Shown: positions 24,504 through 37,234, numbered from the stretch's first letter. The stretch: 64,000 nt of DNA from Lepidodermella squamata (GCA_047495785.1 JBLDXI010000036.1:558001-622000), one strand, 5' to 3'. The notes: generated from the letters alone by a model not told the origin. Numbers and translations are program-made.

Positions 24504-27500
24504 TATTTATTTATTTATTTTTATTTGAAAGCTCATACGCCCAAGAGAGGGCAGCTTGACAATGTTAAGGAAAACAACATATAATTGCAGGACAAGTTCA
24601 GATTATAGGACAGGAAAGGTGTAGTAGGAGAAAACAAAGTTATAGATCAGACACTCGATCAATTATGTTCTGATGTAACTGAGCAACAAAATCGCAACAA
24701 GAAACGTTAAGTACAGCATAGCAGTATAAACTGTAATCATAAAAATAAAATCACAAATTTCATCTCAAGCATAACCAGAACAAGGCCTCCGCTAATTTTT
24801 ATTTAACTTTAATTTCCCAGCATTGGTAGAGTAACAATGATTGTACACAGCTTCGCGGCATTCCTTGGCCGATGCTGCTTGATGAGCTTCGGTCGGCAGT
24901 ACGTTCCACCAGTCCGGCCCGCGATAGCTCAAGCTTAGCGTACCGCGTTCCTTTTTGAAAGTTGGTTTGAACATTGGTTCAGAGCGGCGAACATCGTAGG
25001 TACTGATTTCGTTTAGCCGGAACAATGTTTGCATCGCTACTGGTGCTTGATGGTGTAAGCAGCTCCAAATCAAAGTTGCAAGGTGAATAGCGTGTTTTTG
25101 ATTGACGTCGACCCAACCAAGACGGCGTCTCAACGGTTCAGGGTCGGCCAAGGGATGTGCCCCGCAAATGGCACGCACGGCTCGGTCTTGTGTTGACTGA
25201 AGTTTAGCCAGATTTGTCGGTGCTGCTTGGCCTAATGTGATGTCGCCGTAGTTCAAATGGCTGAATACCAATCCATTCGCCATCATTATTGCCGTTCTGC
25301 GATCAACAAACTTCGTGGCTAATTTCAAAGCATAGAGACCCCTCCTCGCCTTGCTTTTGATGTTTTTGATTTGCTTTTTGAATGTCAGTTTGTCATCGAT
25401 TATAAATCCAAGGGTGACCATTTCACTTGAAGCTTTCACAACAGTATCTCCGATAGCGATGGCAAAGTTTGGTGTTGAAGGAATCGCGCATTTCAAAATC
25501 AAAAACTGAGATTTCTTCCCGTTTACCATTAACGAGTTGTTTGCTAGCCAAGAACAGACACGATTCATTTCCTGTTGTAATACTGAGCGCAACTCATTGA
25601 CGTTCTTGCTCGCAAAACATACCGTTATATCGTCAGCGTATTGCTTAATTTTGCAGCGTGTTACGACCGACGGCAACTCGTTGACGTAGACAGTGAACAT
25701 GAGTGGGCCCAGCACCGACCCTTGCGGCACTCCATGATGAATCGCTTCGAACGCAGATAACTCGCAGTTCACTTTTGTAGCTTGCCTTCGATCGCTCAGA
25801 TAATTTCGCAATAGTCGAAGTGCTGCTTCTGACAGACCGGCGCTGCGAAAGGACTCGATAATACCCTCATGATTTAAGGTATCAAACGCCTTCGATAAAT
25901 CTATCGAGATTGCGCCGACAATCTTCCCTTCACACATTGCTATTCGCCAGTCCTCCGTGAACTCGGCAACACACGTGTCCGTTGAGTGTCTCTCGCGAAA
26001 ACCGTGCTGAGCTGGCGAAAGGAACTTTGAGAGATGAATCTTGAGCTGAGCAGCTAAGCAGCGCTCAAACGTACGAGCAACTGGGGATGTTATCGAAATT
26101 GGCCGATAGTTGCCAACATCCAGTCGATTGCCAGACCTATGAAGCGGGCTAACAATTGACGCCTTCCAATCATCAATAAAGATGCCTTCAGAAATCGCTA
26201 AATTGAAAAGTTGTACCAAATACGGGGCAATTGTCGGTTTTGCAAGTTTCAGTATACTCTCTGGAATTCCGTCAAAACCAGTTGTTGTTTTATACGTCAA
26301 CCTATCGATGGCCGCTTCAACCTCGGCTGTTGAAACGGAACGAAAATCGAATGTATGCTTTGACCGGAGGCGTCGAATAAAGTTGAGACCAGTTGCCAGA
26401 GCTTGAGCAGTTTTTGCACCTGCTTGAACGAAGAAAACGTTGAAGGAATTCGCTTTCTCGGCAGATGCTTCTTTTCCCAGATCAGTAAACGACCCGCCTT
26501 TCTTTGATTTGGGCCTGAAGTCACCAATAACACGCCATAATTTCCGCGGGTCTCGCCCAGCATCGGAAATTCGCTTTCGATATTTAGCTCTTCGTTCTTT
26601 CCGACGCAGTCTCTGGCGTTGACGTCGAGAGAGATTCGGGTTCATCGCCACTCGACGGTTGTTTCTAACGTTCGGCTTCTTGACGATTAATGGCGCAACT
26701 TCGTTCAACACTTCTAGTAGGCAACATTTCAGCTTTTGCCATAGGCTCTCACAGCCAAGTTTGCTACAGTCCAACTTGCCAAGTCTTTCTTTCAAGCGGC
26801 CATTCAGCTTTTCCGAGTCGACACCACGAAGATCACGAATCACGCGAACGCTGGACGTGCAAGCCTTGACGTCGCCTTTGTCGCGAATGACCATTGTAGT
26901 TCCATAGTGATCACTGAGACCAACGACTGTTCCACTTTCTGCCTTCTCGGTATCCGGGATGTTAGACCAGAAGTGATCCAAGCATTTGCCTGAAGCAGGT
27001 CGAGTAACGATGTTGGAGTAGGCTGGTTGCAGACCAAAGTCGCCAAAAACTTCTTTCAAGCCATCAGAAACCTTCGGATTCAGCAAGTTCCAGTTGAAAT
27101 CTCCTGAGATCATATGGTAATGGGCTTGCGTAGCCATACAATCTGTGAGAAACTGTTCGATTTCATCCGCGTCGGCGTTGGTGAATGCTTCGCTGTTAGT
27201 GGGACTCCGATAGATAGCAGTTATAGCTAAACGCTTGCCTGACGGAAGTTGGACGACGCATTGCCGATTTTCGATTGTTTTTGATGGAATTGTTTGATCT
27301 GAGATGACCTTATAAGACTTGTAGATCAGCAAACCGACTCCGCCGGCCTTCTTCTGACTACGGCCTTTCCACAGGCATTCATAGCCAAGGTAGGGATCCT
27401 TGAGATTTAGATTAGCTTGAAATTCATCCTCGACGTAGCTAGGCGTACAGCCATCGGGAATTTTCGTTTCACCTACTAGTATCGCCATCGGGCGGATGAC

Positions 27501-27590
27501 CTCTGCGAATTCTGCGAGTTCGGGCAATTTTTCGACAGTTAGCAATCCATTCAGATTCGCGTGAAAGCATGCGTGAAGCTCAGCTGAAAA
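24504..27590 (-). mobile_element. LINE (CR1/L2/Crack-like) ORF2 with APE endonuclease and RT plus 3' UTR
   Basis: Endonuclease motifs HANLNGL, VGETK, GGVGLL, AIYRSP, GDFN, LDH, SDH. RT motifs YRPIS, DLSKAFD, GVPQGSVLGP, YADD. (TAAA)n tail at ~24504-24526. Confidence 0.92.
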
Positions 27591-29063
27591 GCGTGATTCG
27601 AACAGGTCGCCATCCACAACATCCATAAATATCCGCCACCACTGAAATCGATCGAATTGCTCAGGATTTGGGATGGCCAACAATAGAATCCTTAATGTCC
27701 TCCCAAACCCTTCCATTTCAGACGGAGGAATGCACTTATGAATCACGGCGTTCCGCCGCTGAGCAAATTCCTTTTCCTCCAGATAGGCCAATTTCAGGCT
27801 TCCAAATTGTTCAACTATAAATTCAGCTACGAACCTATAGGCTATTTCGTTGCTAGGAAACCTCGCCCCTGTCTCAATGAATCTCGAGAGATAATCGATT
27901 TTGCTATTTTTCAACTCGTTTTCCGATGTTTCCGCAGCTTCAACCTTCGTGAAAGTAGCTTTATAGTGTCTGGCGAAGCTCAATACTTCCATCACAACCA
28001 CTACGCAATTTTTGAAGATGAAATAGCTGATATTTAGACCGTTGACTCCGCATACCGTGATGAAACAGACTCGCATAACGAGGAAAGTGCCGTCCTGTAA
28101 AAGGCGCAATCCAAGCGCAACAATTTCCTGGACCCTCGTGAATTCTGGCGAGGGTTTCGCGTCGAAGTAAGACGGGTGCTGCTGGCGGATCCATCGCAAA
28201 AAGCCAGAGCTGGAACATTCGTCGAAAAACCGATGCAGCGCTAATAGGTAAGCGACTCGAATGCCTGTGGCGATTTCACGGTATCGCACGATATCGAGAT
28301 TCGACAGCGAATCAACAAAATCGAAAATATCCGCCAGGGTTCCGACGTAGCCGAGAACCAGCTGCCGGGCTGTTTCATCGCCGATTTTGTCCTCGGAATT
28401 AGCGAGCCATAGATTGAAGATAACGATGAAAGTTGCGAACATTTCGAAGGCTCGCGACCACTCGAAAATGTATAGCTCAGCCCCGAATAACGAGATCTTT
28501 TCGAAATTCAACTCATCATAACTCGAACCATTAGGATTTGCTTGGAAGGCTAGACAAAGCAGGATAGAATCCTGCTGCCCGAAGGCTGATACGTAGTAAG
28601 TCATAGCAGCTAGATAGGTTGAGATTGAAATGATCGAAAGCCGAGTGGCTGAGGTAGTCGCAACCGCGCTGTCCAGGTCGTCATTCGTATCGGCTTCTCT
28701 GTCGACGAACAACCTTTTCCCGATGCGGTAAATCATTTCGAAAAAGTATTGGCACACAGCTATGCCGAACATTACGTAAATTTGAGCATCACTCAAGAAC
28801 ATGCTCGTTTGAATTGCGGGCTCGATAGCCGATTCATTCCGACGCGAAATGTTGAAGAAAGTCAAACTACCGCCGACGAAGCAATCCGTTGTTGAAATAG
28901 AGGAATTAACGAGTAGATCCCTGAAGTAGATCGATTTTTTCAGACTATAGTCACGAAGCAAAAACAGCCTGGAACAACAGCCGAGTAGTCCGAGGATGAA
29001 ACATATCCTAATGATAATTCCATAGCTTATATCCCAAGCTTTACGCCCATTGCAGTTGTTCAT
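24792..29063 (-). CDS. TMEM26-like multipass membrane domain fused in frame to LINE endonuclease/reverse transcriptase (1423 aa)
   Basis: TMEM26-type motifs QLVLGYVGTLADIFDF, LLQDGTFLVMR, YFIFKN in the first ~370 aa; uninterrupted frame into EN-RT. Confidence 0.8.
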   Translation of the reverse strand: MNNCNGRKAWDISYGIIIRICFILGLLGCCSRLFLLRDYSLKKSIYFRDLLVNSSISTTDCFVGGSLTFFNISRRNESAIEPAIQTSMFLSDAQIYVMFGIAVCQYFFEMIYRIGKRLFVDREADTNDDLDSAVATTSATRLSIISISTYLAAMTYYVSAFGQQDSILLCLAFQANPNGSSYDELNFEKISLFGAELYIFEWSRAFEMFATFIVIFNLWLANSEDKIGDETARQLVLGYVGTLADIFDFVDSLSNLDIVRYREIATGIRVAYLLALHRFFDECSSSGFLRWIRQQHPSYFDAKPSPEFTRVQEIVALGLRLLQDGTFLVMRVCFITVCGVNGLNISYFIFKNCVVVVMEVLSFARHYKATFTKVEAAETSENELKNSKIDYLSRFIETGARFPSNEIAYRFVAEFIVEQFGSLKLAYLEEKEFAQRRNAVIHKCIPPSEMEGFGRTLRILLLAIPNPEQFDRFQWWRIFMDVVDGDLFESRFSAELHACFHANLNGLLTVEKLPELAEFAEVIRPMAILVGETKIPDGCTPSYVEDEFQANLNLKDPYLGYECLWKGRSQKKAGGVGLLIYKSYKVISDQTIPSKTIENRQCVVQLPSGKRLAITAIYRSPTNSEAFTNADADEIEQFLTDCMATQAHYHMISGDFNWNLLNPKVSDGLKEVFGDFGLQPAYSNIVTRPASGKCLDHFWSNIPDTEKAESGTVVGLSDHYGTTMVIRDKGDVKACTSSVRVIRDLRGVDSEKLNGRLKERLGKLDCSKLGCESLWQKLKCCLLEVLNEVAPLIVKKPNVRNNRRVAMNPNLSRRQRQRLRRKERRAKYRKRISDAGRDPRKLWRVIGDFRPKSKKGGSFTDLGKEASAEKANSFNVFFVQAGAKTAQALATGLNFIRRLRSKHTFDFRSVSTAEVEAAIDRLTYKTTTGFDGIPESILKLAKPTIAPYLVQLFNLAISEGIFIDDWKASIVSPLHRSGNRLDVGNYRPISITSPVARTFERCLAAQLKIHLSKFLSPAQHGFRERHSTDTCVAEFTEDWRIAMCEGKIVGAISIDLSKAFDTLNHEGIIESFRSAGLSEAALRLLRNYLSDRRQATKVNCELSAFEAIHHGVPQGSVLGPLMFTVYVNELPSVVTRCKIKQYADDITVCFASKNVNELRSVLQQEMNRVCSWLANNSLMVNGKKSQFLILKCAIPSTPNFAIAIGDTVVKASSEMVTLGFIIDDKLTFKKQIKNIKSKARRGLYALKLATKFVDRRTAIMMANGLVFSHLNYGDITLGQAAPTNLAKLQSTQDRAVRAICGAHPLADPEPLRRRLGWVDVNQKHAIHLATLIWSCLHHQAPVAMQTLFRLNEISTYDVRRSEPMFKPTFKKERGTLSLSYRGPDWWNVLPTEAHQAASAKECREAVYNHCYSTNAGKLKLNKN

Positions 29064-29598
29064 TGCGTTGTGATGCTACAAACACCAGAACGAAATATCA
29101 ACCATTACTAGACAGCTCGTTCTATCGAAATTTTTGCGTGAATAATTTAGGCGATTGCATTGCATAATTCATGAAATTACGATCGACTAATAAATTCCTT
29201 CTTTTCAACGTGGTTTATTTCCGTCACATGTCGCTAGCAACACAGTTTGATCATCGATAGTTTATACAAGCCTTAGGCTGTGAATTCTCAAAGAGATATG
29301 GTGAATTGTGGACTTGCCAAATTATTGAATTCCGAACCAAACATCATTTAATTCTGTACCAAATTATTCAAACCAGTTCCAAGTCCCCAATTTAACCCTA
29401 ACCCAACTCTAACCATTTAGAGTGATTAGGTATTAAATGAATGAAATTGGGTGCGGCATCAAGATTTCCCCTTCACAAAACTTGAAATTACAAGCCGGCA
29501 GTATCACATAAATTCATTGAATAAATTCGGAATTAGGTGGCTCGACAAAGGATCATTTTATATTGAATGAAACACATTATTATTTAAGATGTTGTCTA

Positions 29599-30804
29599 TC
29601 AAGCAGGAAACACAATCGAGCGATTAACAAATCTGTAGTATTTTCGCTGAAGCCAGATCAAAATCGGTTTTGTCCAGCCGGGCTTGATCATGAGCACGCA
29701 GTTTCCAATAACTATTTCCAAAATGATACAATACGGCGATACCTTTCCCAGGTTTGGATCAACTAATTGCAGCCCGAAATTATACCAAAAATGCTCCATG
29801 ATAGACCCGAACAGAGCTGGAATGTGAAAGGTTACATAGATGAAGAAAATAGCCACTGATTGCTGCGCGAAAAACACCTCACGAGCCCGCCATTCCGCCA
29901 GTTTCTCCGCCAGAGATTTCTGGTGCAAGTTAGAAGAAGCATCGCTTGTCTTTTTAGGAGCCAATCCACTCGTCATCGAACCTACCAATTGCTTCTTAGC
30001 CCGTCTAATACAATCGTAGATTTTGTAGTAGTTCATAGCGAGGAATGAAGCTGGAATGTAAACGGCAGCTGCGTAGTACATCATGATGATGAAGCCCGAG
30101 TCCAAATTGCCGACCAAACGGAAGTGATACGGCGCGCAGACCAAAGCAACCCTCCCATCAGGAAACGCTAGCAATTCCCGCCGCCATGTCGCATGAGGCC
30201 ACAGGCCAATGAAAACAGGGAGGATAATGCAAGCCACAACCATCACAGCGACCACCCCAAGCAGTTTCTTTGTATTAGCTCGGTAATTGGGGCTGTTGGA
30301 TAGGATGCAAAGCCGGCGTTCGTAGGAAATCAACATTTTCGTGAATGTTCCGAACGCCCCGGTTGCGTAGAGCAGCCAATAGACGCCCTCACAGGTTCGG
30401 TCACCCAGGTCCCAGGATCCTGTATTAACGGTCATCAACAAACCTACAGTCTGATCACATGCGAAGAGAATATTTCGAACTCCATCAATTGCGACAAGCA
30501 TTAGAAGCTCGCGCTTCACCCGGCGTTTGAAGTAAATGTAACAGCTCATTGCAGTAGTGAAAATCACGATTATTGATGTAAAGAGGTTCAGCAGAACCCA
30601 GGGTAGGCGGCTTTCGAAGGTTTCGAGGTAGAAGTTGTGGTACCAGCTGATGAACTGCGGCCGGGGTCCGTTGTAGCCAGCATCGGGCAAGTAAATGCTT
30701 ATCCAACCATTTTCCAAAAATTCTACTGGCCTTGCAGTTTGATTCAATGCAGCGCGAAGCTGCATGGATGCAAAGTTAAAAGTAGAGTTCTGAGTTGAAT
30801 TCAT
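29599..30804 (-). CDS. Orphan class A (rhodopsin-like) GPCR, intronless
   Basis: N-glycosylated N-terminus, WDLGDRTC loop, ISYERR at the DRY position, YIP...NYYKI in TM5, seven hydrophobic segments. Confidence 0.85.
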   Translation of the reverse strand: MNSTQNSTFNFASMQLRAALNQTARPVEFLENGWISIYLPDAGYNGPRPQFISWYHNFYLETFESRLPWVLLNLFTSIIVIFTTAMSCYIYFKRRVKRELLMLVAIDGVRNILFACDQTVGLLMTVNTGSWDLGDRTCEGVYWLLYATGAFGTFTKMLISYERRLCILSNSPNYRANTKKLLGVVAVMVVACIILPVFIGLWPHATWRRELLAFPDGRVALVCAPYHFRLVGNLDSGFIIMMYYAAAVYIPASFLAMNYYKIYDCIRRAKKQLVGSMTSGLAPKKTSDASSNLHQKSLAEKLAEWRAREVFFAQQSVAIFFIYVTFHIPALFGSIMEHFWYNFGLQLVDPNLGKVSPYCIILEIVIGNCVLMIKPGWTKPILIWLQRKYYRFVNRSIVFPA

Positions 30805-31244
30805 TGCGGGAAATAAAAAAACCGGGAATTGAAATGATCGTCAACTTTCGAGACCTAGCAAGGCGTTAATGCTGCTTATCTGATGCTACGCAAGTGTGTC
30901 TGGAGCACTGATCTATTCGAGCTGCGAAAATCCATTTTTTTATTAGCCATCTCACCCTAAGATCAGTTTGGCATTGATTTTTACGAGAAAATCTTAATCT
31001 TACAACAATTGTCGTTGCAAAATAGAGGGGTCTTAATTTTCGCGGAACCAAAATTGCCTGTAAGCGGAACCAAATTTATGAATTTCCAACGGGCCTAAAA
31101 CCCATTTTCGAAGCTTTTAGGAATGCCATGATTGATCGACATAATTTAAAATAAATTGTCCTCCGAAAAATTAGTGGCCGGGGGGAACCGGGGGATTTCT
31201 ACTGTTTTATGACCTATTGTCGATCCTATTATTATTAGACAGAA

Positions 31245-31390
31245 CCCATGGGCATCGATCGTGCGTAGGTCCAAATTTTACCATACGATCTACGTACTTA
31301 TATGGTAAAAGGTGCGATAAGGTCGAGCCCATACAATCTACCCCAGTGTTAAATTGAGATAAAGCCAGGGTCTACTTTTTTAAGACTGGG
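31245..31390 (-). mobile_element. Diverged partial copy of the CCCAG MITE
   Basis: Reverse-complement similarity to 3912-4035. Confidence 0.65.
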
Positions 31391-31497
31391 CAATGATGTC
31401 GTTTGCCAGGCGTGCCTTTCTTCTTGTGGCGAATTCAACGCCGCAATGTGGCAACGCCGTTCGCTAAGTGCTGTCGTTGCGTGAGGATGTGAGGAGA

Positions 31498-31829
31498 CAT
31501 AGACAACACTGTAACAGATAGGACACCAACAATCTTTCCATAGTGAATTTATTCGAGCTGAATTTGCAAAGAGTGCGGCACGCGATTAATTTCAAAGATA
31601 ATTAAAAATAAAAGCCACAGGTACCACTTTCGAAAATTTCGAGTTTCTGCTCATCAATACTAGAAACTAGAAGCAGCCCTCTTTTCAATGATACCAGGTA
31701 CACCTGGTGGTCCCTTATGGATAATTTTCTAAAATTCGCCAAAAAGTGCTATTTTCCGTGTTTTTGGGCAAAATTTTCATTCTTCTGCCACGGTTGGCTC
31801 TTTCGTAAAAATTGTGAAAAATTTGAAAA
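31498..31829 (+). mobile_element. Diverged single-arm relic of the P-like foldback element
   Basis: Begins CATAGACAACACTGTAACAGATAGG and aligns to 3139-3505. Confidence 0.8.
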
Positions 31830-32443
31830 CGACGTTTTTAAAGTGAAAATAAATTACAAGAAACGGCGCGCGAAACCCGGCGTTTTAGGTTAAGAGATGA
31901 AGATCGAGGTCTTGTGGTCGCTGCAAAAAATTGATCTTTGCGTAAACGTGCTTGTTGTGAATGAGATTTTTTGCTGATCGCTGCTAATGAGGTTATTTTA
32001 TGACCTTCGTACCTCATTAAAAAATAACACGAAAATCAGTCGTTTTATTCGAGCCCCGGCGTCCTAGTACATCTCATGCGGATAGCGGGTTGTTGCTCGA
32101 TCGATGTGGCGCTCAGGTCGCGGAACTAGCCGATGAAGTACGGCCTCGAGCCATTGAAATCACGGTCCGGCAAATCAGCCGAAATCCACGAGCTCGTGAG
32201 TGGCATTTGAGCGAGTGAAAAATACCGGCCAGTGTTTTCAGTCGACTTCTATTGCTGCGGATGATGTTTGTATCTCACCGCTTTTCTTGTCGCTTCTCAA
32301 ATCGTATCTTTTACGACTCCGCTATAATTTCCAGATGAACATCACTCGTACCGCGGGGATTTTCTTATTTTTGTTTAATTAAAAGTTCATTTTTCAAGTC
32401 ATACAAGTGTACAAGTCAACAAAAATGTTAGCAAAAACATTCG

Positions 32444-34789
32444 TTACTTTGGTCTAATCCGAATGACTTTGACCGAATTCAAAGTCGTTGTGTTTTGCCG
32501 ATCATTTGCGCCACCCATTGTTTTCATTGTTTTAGTCGCACCTGGTGGCGTTGCAATGGCTACGCGGTTCGACGGTTTTAGCATGCGAACTATAGCTGAA
32601 GCTGCGATCTCGAACAAGATAACCGCGTGGCTGTACTTGGTCAAGTCGCCTGTCGCGAAACGAGGCCCAATCTCAGCGTAGCCCAGCTGCAAAGCAATGT
32701 GAACAGCCATCGGCAGTTGGCACACGTTGTACACGAGAACAGCAGCGACGGATTGTTTGGCGAAGAATAATTCGCGCTGGTACCACTGCGCCTCCCGATC
32801 CGTACCTTGCAGCTTTGAACGCCAGCCCAAACGAACAGAACGAATTTGAGAAAATATTTTCCTTCAATCAAACATCGACTGCTATAACGATCGCAAAACT
32901 GTTTAGGAAGTTCTTACCAATAGTTGAAAGCTAAACCAAACGTTGTTGCTTGGATGATAATGCAGAAAACAACGAGTACCAGGACGAGAACGTCCGAGGA
33001 GCCGACGAAGCGATACGGGAACACGCCGCACAGGTCGATGGCTGTGTTGTTGTTGACGCCATCGACCACCAGCCGCTGGTGGGCCATTATCGGTAACGGA
33101 GCAAACGTAAATATTACATTAGCAACTGCGCAAATGACGAACGAACAGATGGCGAGAATCATCAGCTAAAACAAATTCAAATTATAATTTTAAAAATTCT
33201 CTCGTTAACAACAGCCGCTTTTATACCAAATTCGGGGCTAGCGTGTGCGTCATTAATTAAGCCAGTGGTTCTCAAACTATTTTCGCTCCCGGCTCCCGGT
33301 CAAAAATGGCGGCCGGCTCGCGACCTTTCCGGCCGCATTGCCTCTTGAACCCTCTACCGGCCGCTTGTAATAATAAAATAGGACCTTCCCGGCCGAACGC
33401 CTCTATAATCGAGAATTGAAGTTTTCGAGTGCGCTTTTAAGCGGATTGTTTATTAAATTAGGGTTTGAGCAGTGGTTCTTCACTGAATGTTTACGCGACC
33501 CCTGATTGGTCATTCAAATGAGGTCGCTACCAATCACTCTCAAAAATTCGAAAAGTGAAAGATATTTTGTGTAACATTTTGGCCAATAAATATTTGGCCT
33601 CCAAACTCCAAAATCTTAACCCGTGAATTATTTAACCTTTGCGAGCGAAGCGAGCTTTAGCTGACGATATTTTTCCAGAATTCCTTCTGAAAATGGGCTA
33701 AAAATGCGTTGAAAAGGGATTTGAGTGTTTCTCACCGCAAGCTAGGCTAGGCCGTAAGCGATTCGTGCAGTAGACATTTCGAAGGGGAATCTAGAGCTGC
33801 GCAATTGCCTTGCAGGCTGTTCGTGAACAAGTTGGTAATTGCGTCTGGGGCTTCTCCTTATAATGACAGATTTCAAAGTGAATCAGCGAGCGAAGCGAAG
33901 CAACGTTTAAGAAAATTATGGCTATTTATCTTTTGGATACGTCGAATTTTGCTGGAAATGTGCACAAATTATGTGAAACCCTGGACTATTTCCCTCGAAA
34001 GAGCCGTCCGGCCGCACGCAATGCAAGAGATAGGCGGACCTCTGCCGGCCGCAGAAATGGGCCTCGCCGGCCGCATGCGGCCGGAAAAACGGGGTTTGAG
34101 AACCACTGAATTAAGCTATTTTTTTTGTTTCGCTGCTATGGGAACAAAACAAAACATGACCAACTATTCCTCCGGAGAGCATAAATGCTGTTTAAACAGC
34201 CATTTTTAGCGATTAATTCGAGGATGTGGCATTATTAGCGACATAATGAGCGAGGAAATATCCTAAGAAGATCGATATTTGCAAATTTTACTTTAGCCGA
34301 GGTGGGTCGATACATGCTTGACGATGTGACGCACAGCCGCCGTTCGTAGCTGATGAGAAAGTAGACGAAATTGCCAAAAGACCCAACCGAACTCGTAATC
34401 CAGTACATGAGCGAACAAGCGGCCGGGCCGGCTTCCCAGTAGCCAGTTGGCAAAGGGATCAGCATGCCGACGCAACTATTCAGGGCGTAGATGATGTTGC
34501 GAACGGTAAGCATGCAGCACAACATGATGAAACTGCTGTTGACGCCGCGTTTGTAGTAGACCACCAAGTTAGCGATGCTGGCTGCTATCGCTAAGACAGC
34601 TGTTATGACAATGGTCAGTGTATACGGCAGTCGATCTTCGATTGAAGGTCGGCTCAGGTCGTGGAAGAAGCCGATGAAGTACGGCCGCGAGCCATTGAAG
34701 CCGCGGTCTTCGATATCAGCCGAGATCCAAGCCCCGCCTGGCAGCAAATTTGCTGCTGCTGCTGCCTGATAAAGAATGCTGTCGTTCAT
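32444..34789 (-). CDS. Orphan class A GPCR, intron-containing paralog (exons 34789-34292, 33165-32918, 32861-32444; 387 aa)
   Basis: Shares GWIS...G.RP.FI..FH, ISYERRLC, NYWKI and RELFFAKQS motifs with the neighbouring GPCRs; GT-AG sites in compatible phases. Confidence 0.8.
33263..34108. mobile_element. hAT (Charlie-like) MITE in GPCR intron 1
   Basis: TIR CAGTGGTTCTCAAAC; perfect 8-bp TSD AATTAAGC. Confidence 0.9.
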
Positions 34790-35698
34790 CTGATGTCTTT
34801 CGGAAAATGTTGTCTAGTGCTGAATCCCAACAGCAGATCGGAGGCTTTCAACTGTCAATTCGTTCGACAGGCTACTTCAGCCGCCGCCGCGTGCTCGAAT
34901 AACAGCACAGATATCCGCCCCAAGCAATCATATACCTTGCGAATATACACGATACAGCCCTATATTCCGGAAAAAATTAAAACGTTGTTGTTTGGGCGTC
35001 ACATTTCGGCTTGCTCGATTAGAGGAAACGAGTGGGAAAATTGAAGTTGACAGCTTTAGCTGTAAGATGATTCCTTTGGATCTTGAGTAATGCTTTCGTC
35101 CTCATTCATGCACGGCAAATATTAAAAAAAACAGCGATTTATCGAGTTTGTCCGGGATTGCGAGCCTGAAAGCTGCCGCACTTCGTCTCCTTGGTTGGTG
35201 CTTTGTTATTTAAGCTCATGTTATCTGCTAATTTTAGTTATCGATTGATTAAATACTGGCCAATAGTTGTGAGCTATCGAGACTTCAGCGCTAATATTTC
35301 TTTGTCATAACTGATGGCAGAATTGAAAGCAGGATTTGGAGTTTTCCGCTGACTATCGAGTCATTTCTGATTTTTCGATACTGTTGAATCCATCGAAAAT
35401 CGATCGAAGTGGCTAATGACCCGTTTGGCCATAAATTTATTGGCCGGAATTGAATAATGAACATCTGGAACCATTCAGTAACAAATCCATTCTTAATCTT
35501 AACCGCTTTTCCAGCTGTAATAGTGTCGGATTTCGCCAATATCGATGAAAGCAGAAGTCGATAAATCAGAAATTACCCAATAGCTTGTCAACGGAAAATT
35601 GGATTCAAATCAGGATTTCAATTATGCCATCAGTTATGGTTTATTGACAAAGAAATATCAGTTTAGCAGCACTGAAGATTCAATGGCACACTAACATT

Positions 35699-35886
35699 CA
35701 TGAGACGTAGCAGGACACCGGAGCTTTAATCCTCCTTAACAAATTTAACCTTAACCTGCTGGACCATTCATCGTATTGATTTGATGCACGAGTTCGCCAA
35801 AAATGGTTTTTTGCTTATTAAAATTTGAAAGATAAGACAAAAACCACTCTTGTCTATCAAGCTCCGGCGTCCTGCTACATCTCATG
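35699..35886. mobile_element. Small MITE with CATGAG termini (P-like)
   Basis: ~28-bp TIR CATGAGACGTAGCAGGACACCGGAGCTT; imperfect 8-bp TSD CTAACATT/CTAATAAT; a related right end at ~32050-32078. Confidence 0.7.
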
Positions 35887-37234
35887 CTAATAATGGCCAA
35901 TATTCAATCAAACACACCGAAATCAGCAAATACCGGGTAAACAATCATTGACTGTCTGGGCCCACCACTAGCTCCAAGTTCTTGAACTTGGCCTACTCCT
36001 CACGCCATATGGAATCATTTACATTGACGGGATTTCATCACAATTAAATGTGAGCCCGTGGTATTTTTATCCGAAAGTTTGATTTGTAAGTATATGCATT
36101 GCAGCATGTTGATAAGTTCGACTGTACTTTCTTCTACAGTACTATGTACTCAGCCGTACTATCAACTACGGCTGGATACCGTACAGTCATATACAGCTGC
36201 TATCGACAGTACTTTGACTACAGTTATATTCCGATGTACCATATCGTACGGTTAGCCCGCCGAATTAGAAGTACGGTCGACAAAACTGTACTTTTTATGC
36301 AGTATATTTTACAGTACAACTCGGTACAGCATTAGCTTACTGTACTAGATGTACTGTCGGACTATTTCAGGAGTGCAAGTTCTTCCGCGACGTGAACGAT
36401 TTTGGTTTATAAGAACAACCTGCCGAAGTGCACCTTGGTCTATCCGGATTGGCTGAAAAATCTACTGCGAGCTCGATTCGTGGAGCAAGCCCCGGCACAA
36501 TTCGATAGTATTTACGACTCGATAGCCTGTTTCCATGTCTGTTGGCTCAATGTGCCTGGCCCTCGCCTAAAACTTGTTCCTTGTGTTACGCCTAAAACTT
36601 GTTCCTTGTGTTAATCAATGATTGCAACGTTTTCAGGCATTGAAATCAATAAAGAGAACAATGATTTGGCATAATTATAGTATTTGGTACCTCAGTGCAT
36701 GTGTCATCCCGGTGTCCTATAATATATTGGACAGTCTCAGAATAAACCATTATTAAACATTATATCATCATACGCAGAATGACAAGGCTAGATAAATTTT
36801 CCATAGCACCAATATTATCAAATTCGATTTTGACAGACTTTTTTTAGGAAAATAGTTACGGGCATTAGGTTAATTAGATGAACGGTTTTAGCTTCATTGC
36901 CCTCCAATCAAGACAATCGTCATGATAGCGAAATGAAAAATTAAGAGTATTTTGTTCGAAACATGCTCGGGACTTTTATTAAAATTTACATAAATGCTGG
37001 CAAGATTTTAAACCGAAGGAGACGAATGTAAATGATCTGAAAAATGCATAGCAGAACGACATGTAGAGAAAATATTTGAACAATAAACATTAACACTTTT
37101 CATTAATGCCATTGCTTACTTCACACCAGGTCATACGTTCAATTTAGCGATGGTTAGATAGACCATTTTTATGAAAGATAGTGATATAAAAAATCAAGAG
37201 AAGACATTGATTTTCATGGTTCTTTGTACAATTT

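Noticed and set aside
36110-36376. Dense GTAC/CAGTAC motifs ending CAGGAGTG
   Set aside because: Likely a subterminal-repeat relic of a CACTA-like element; no second end or TSD found.
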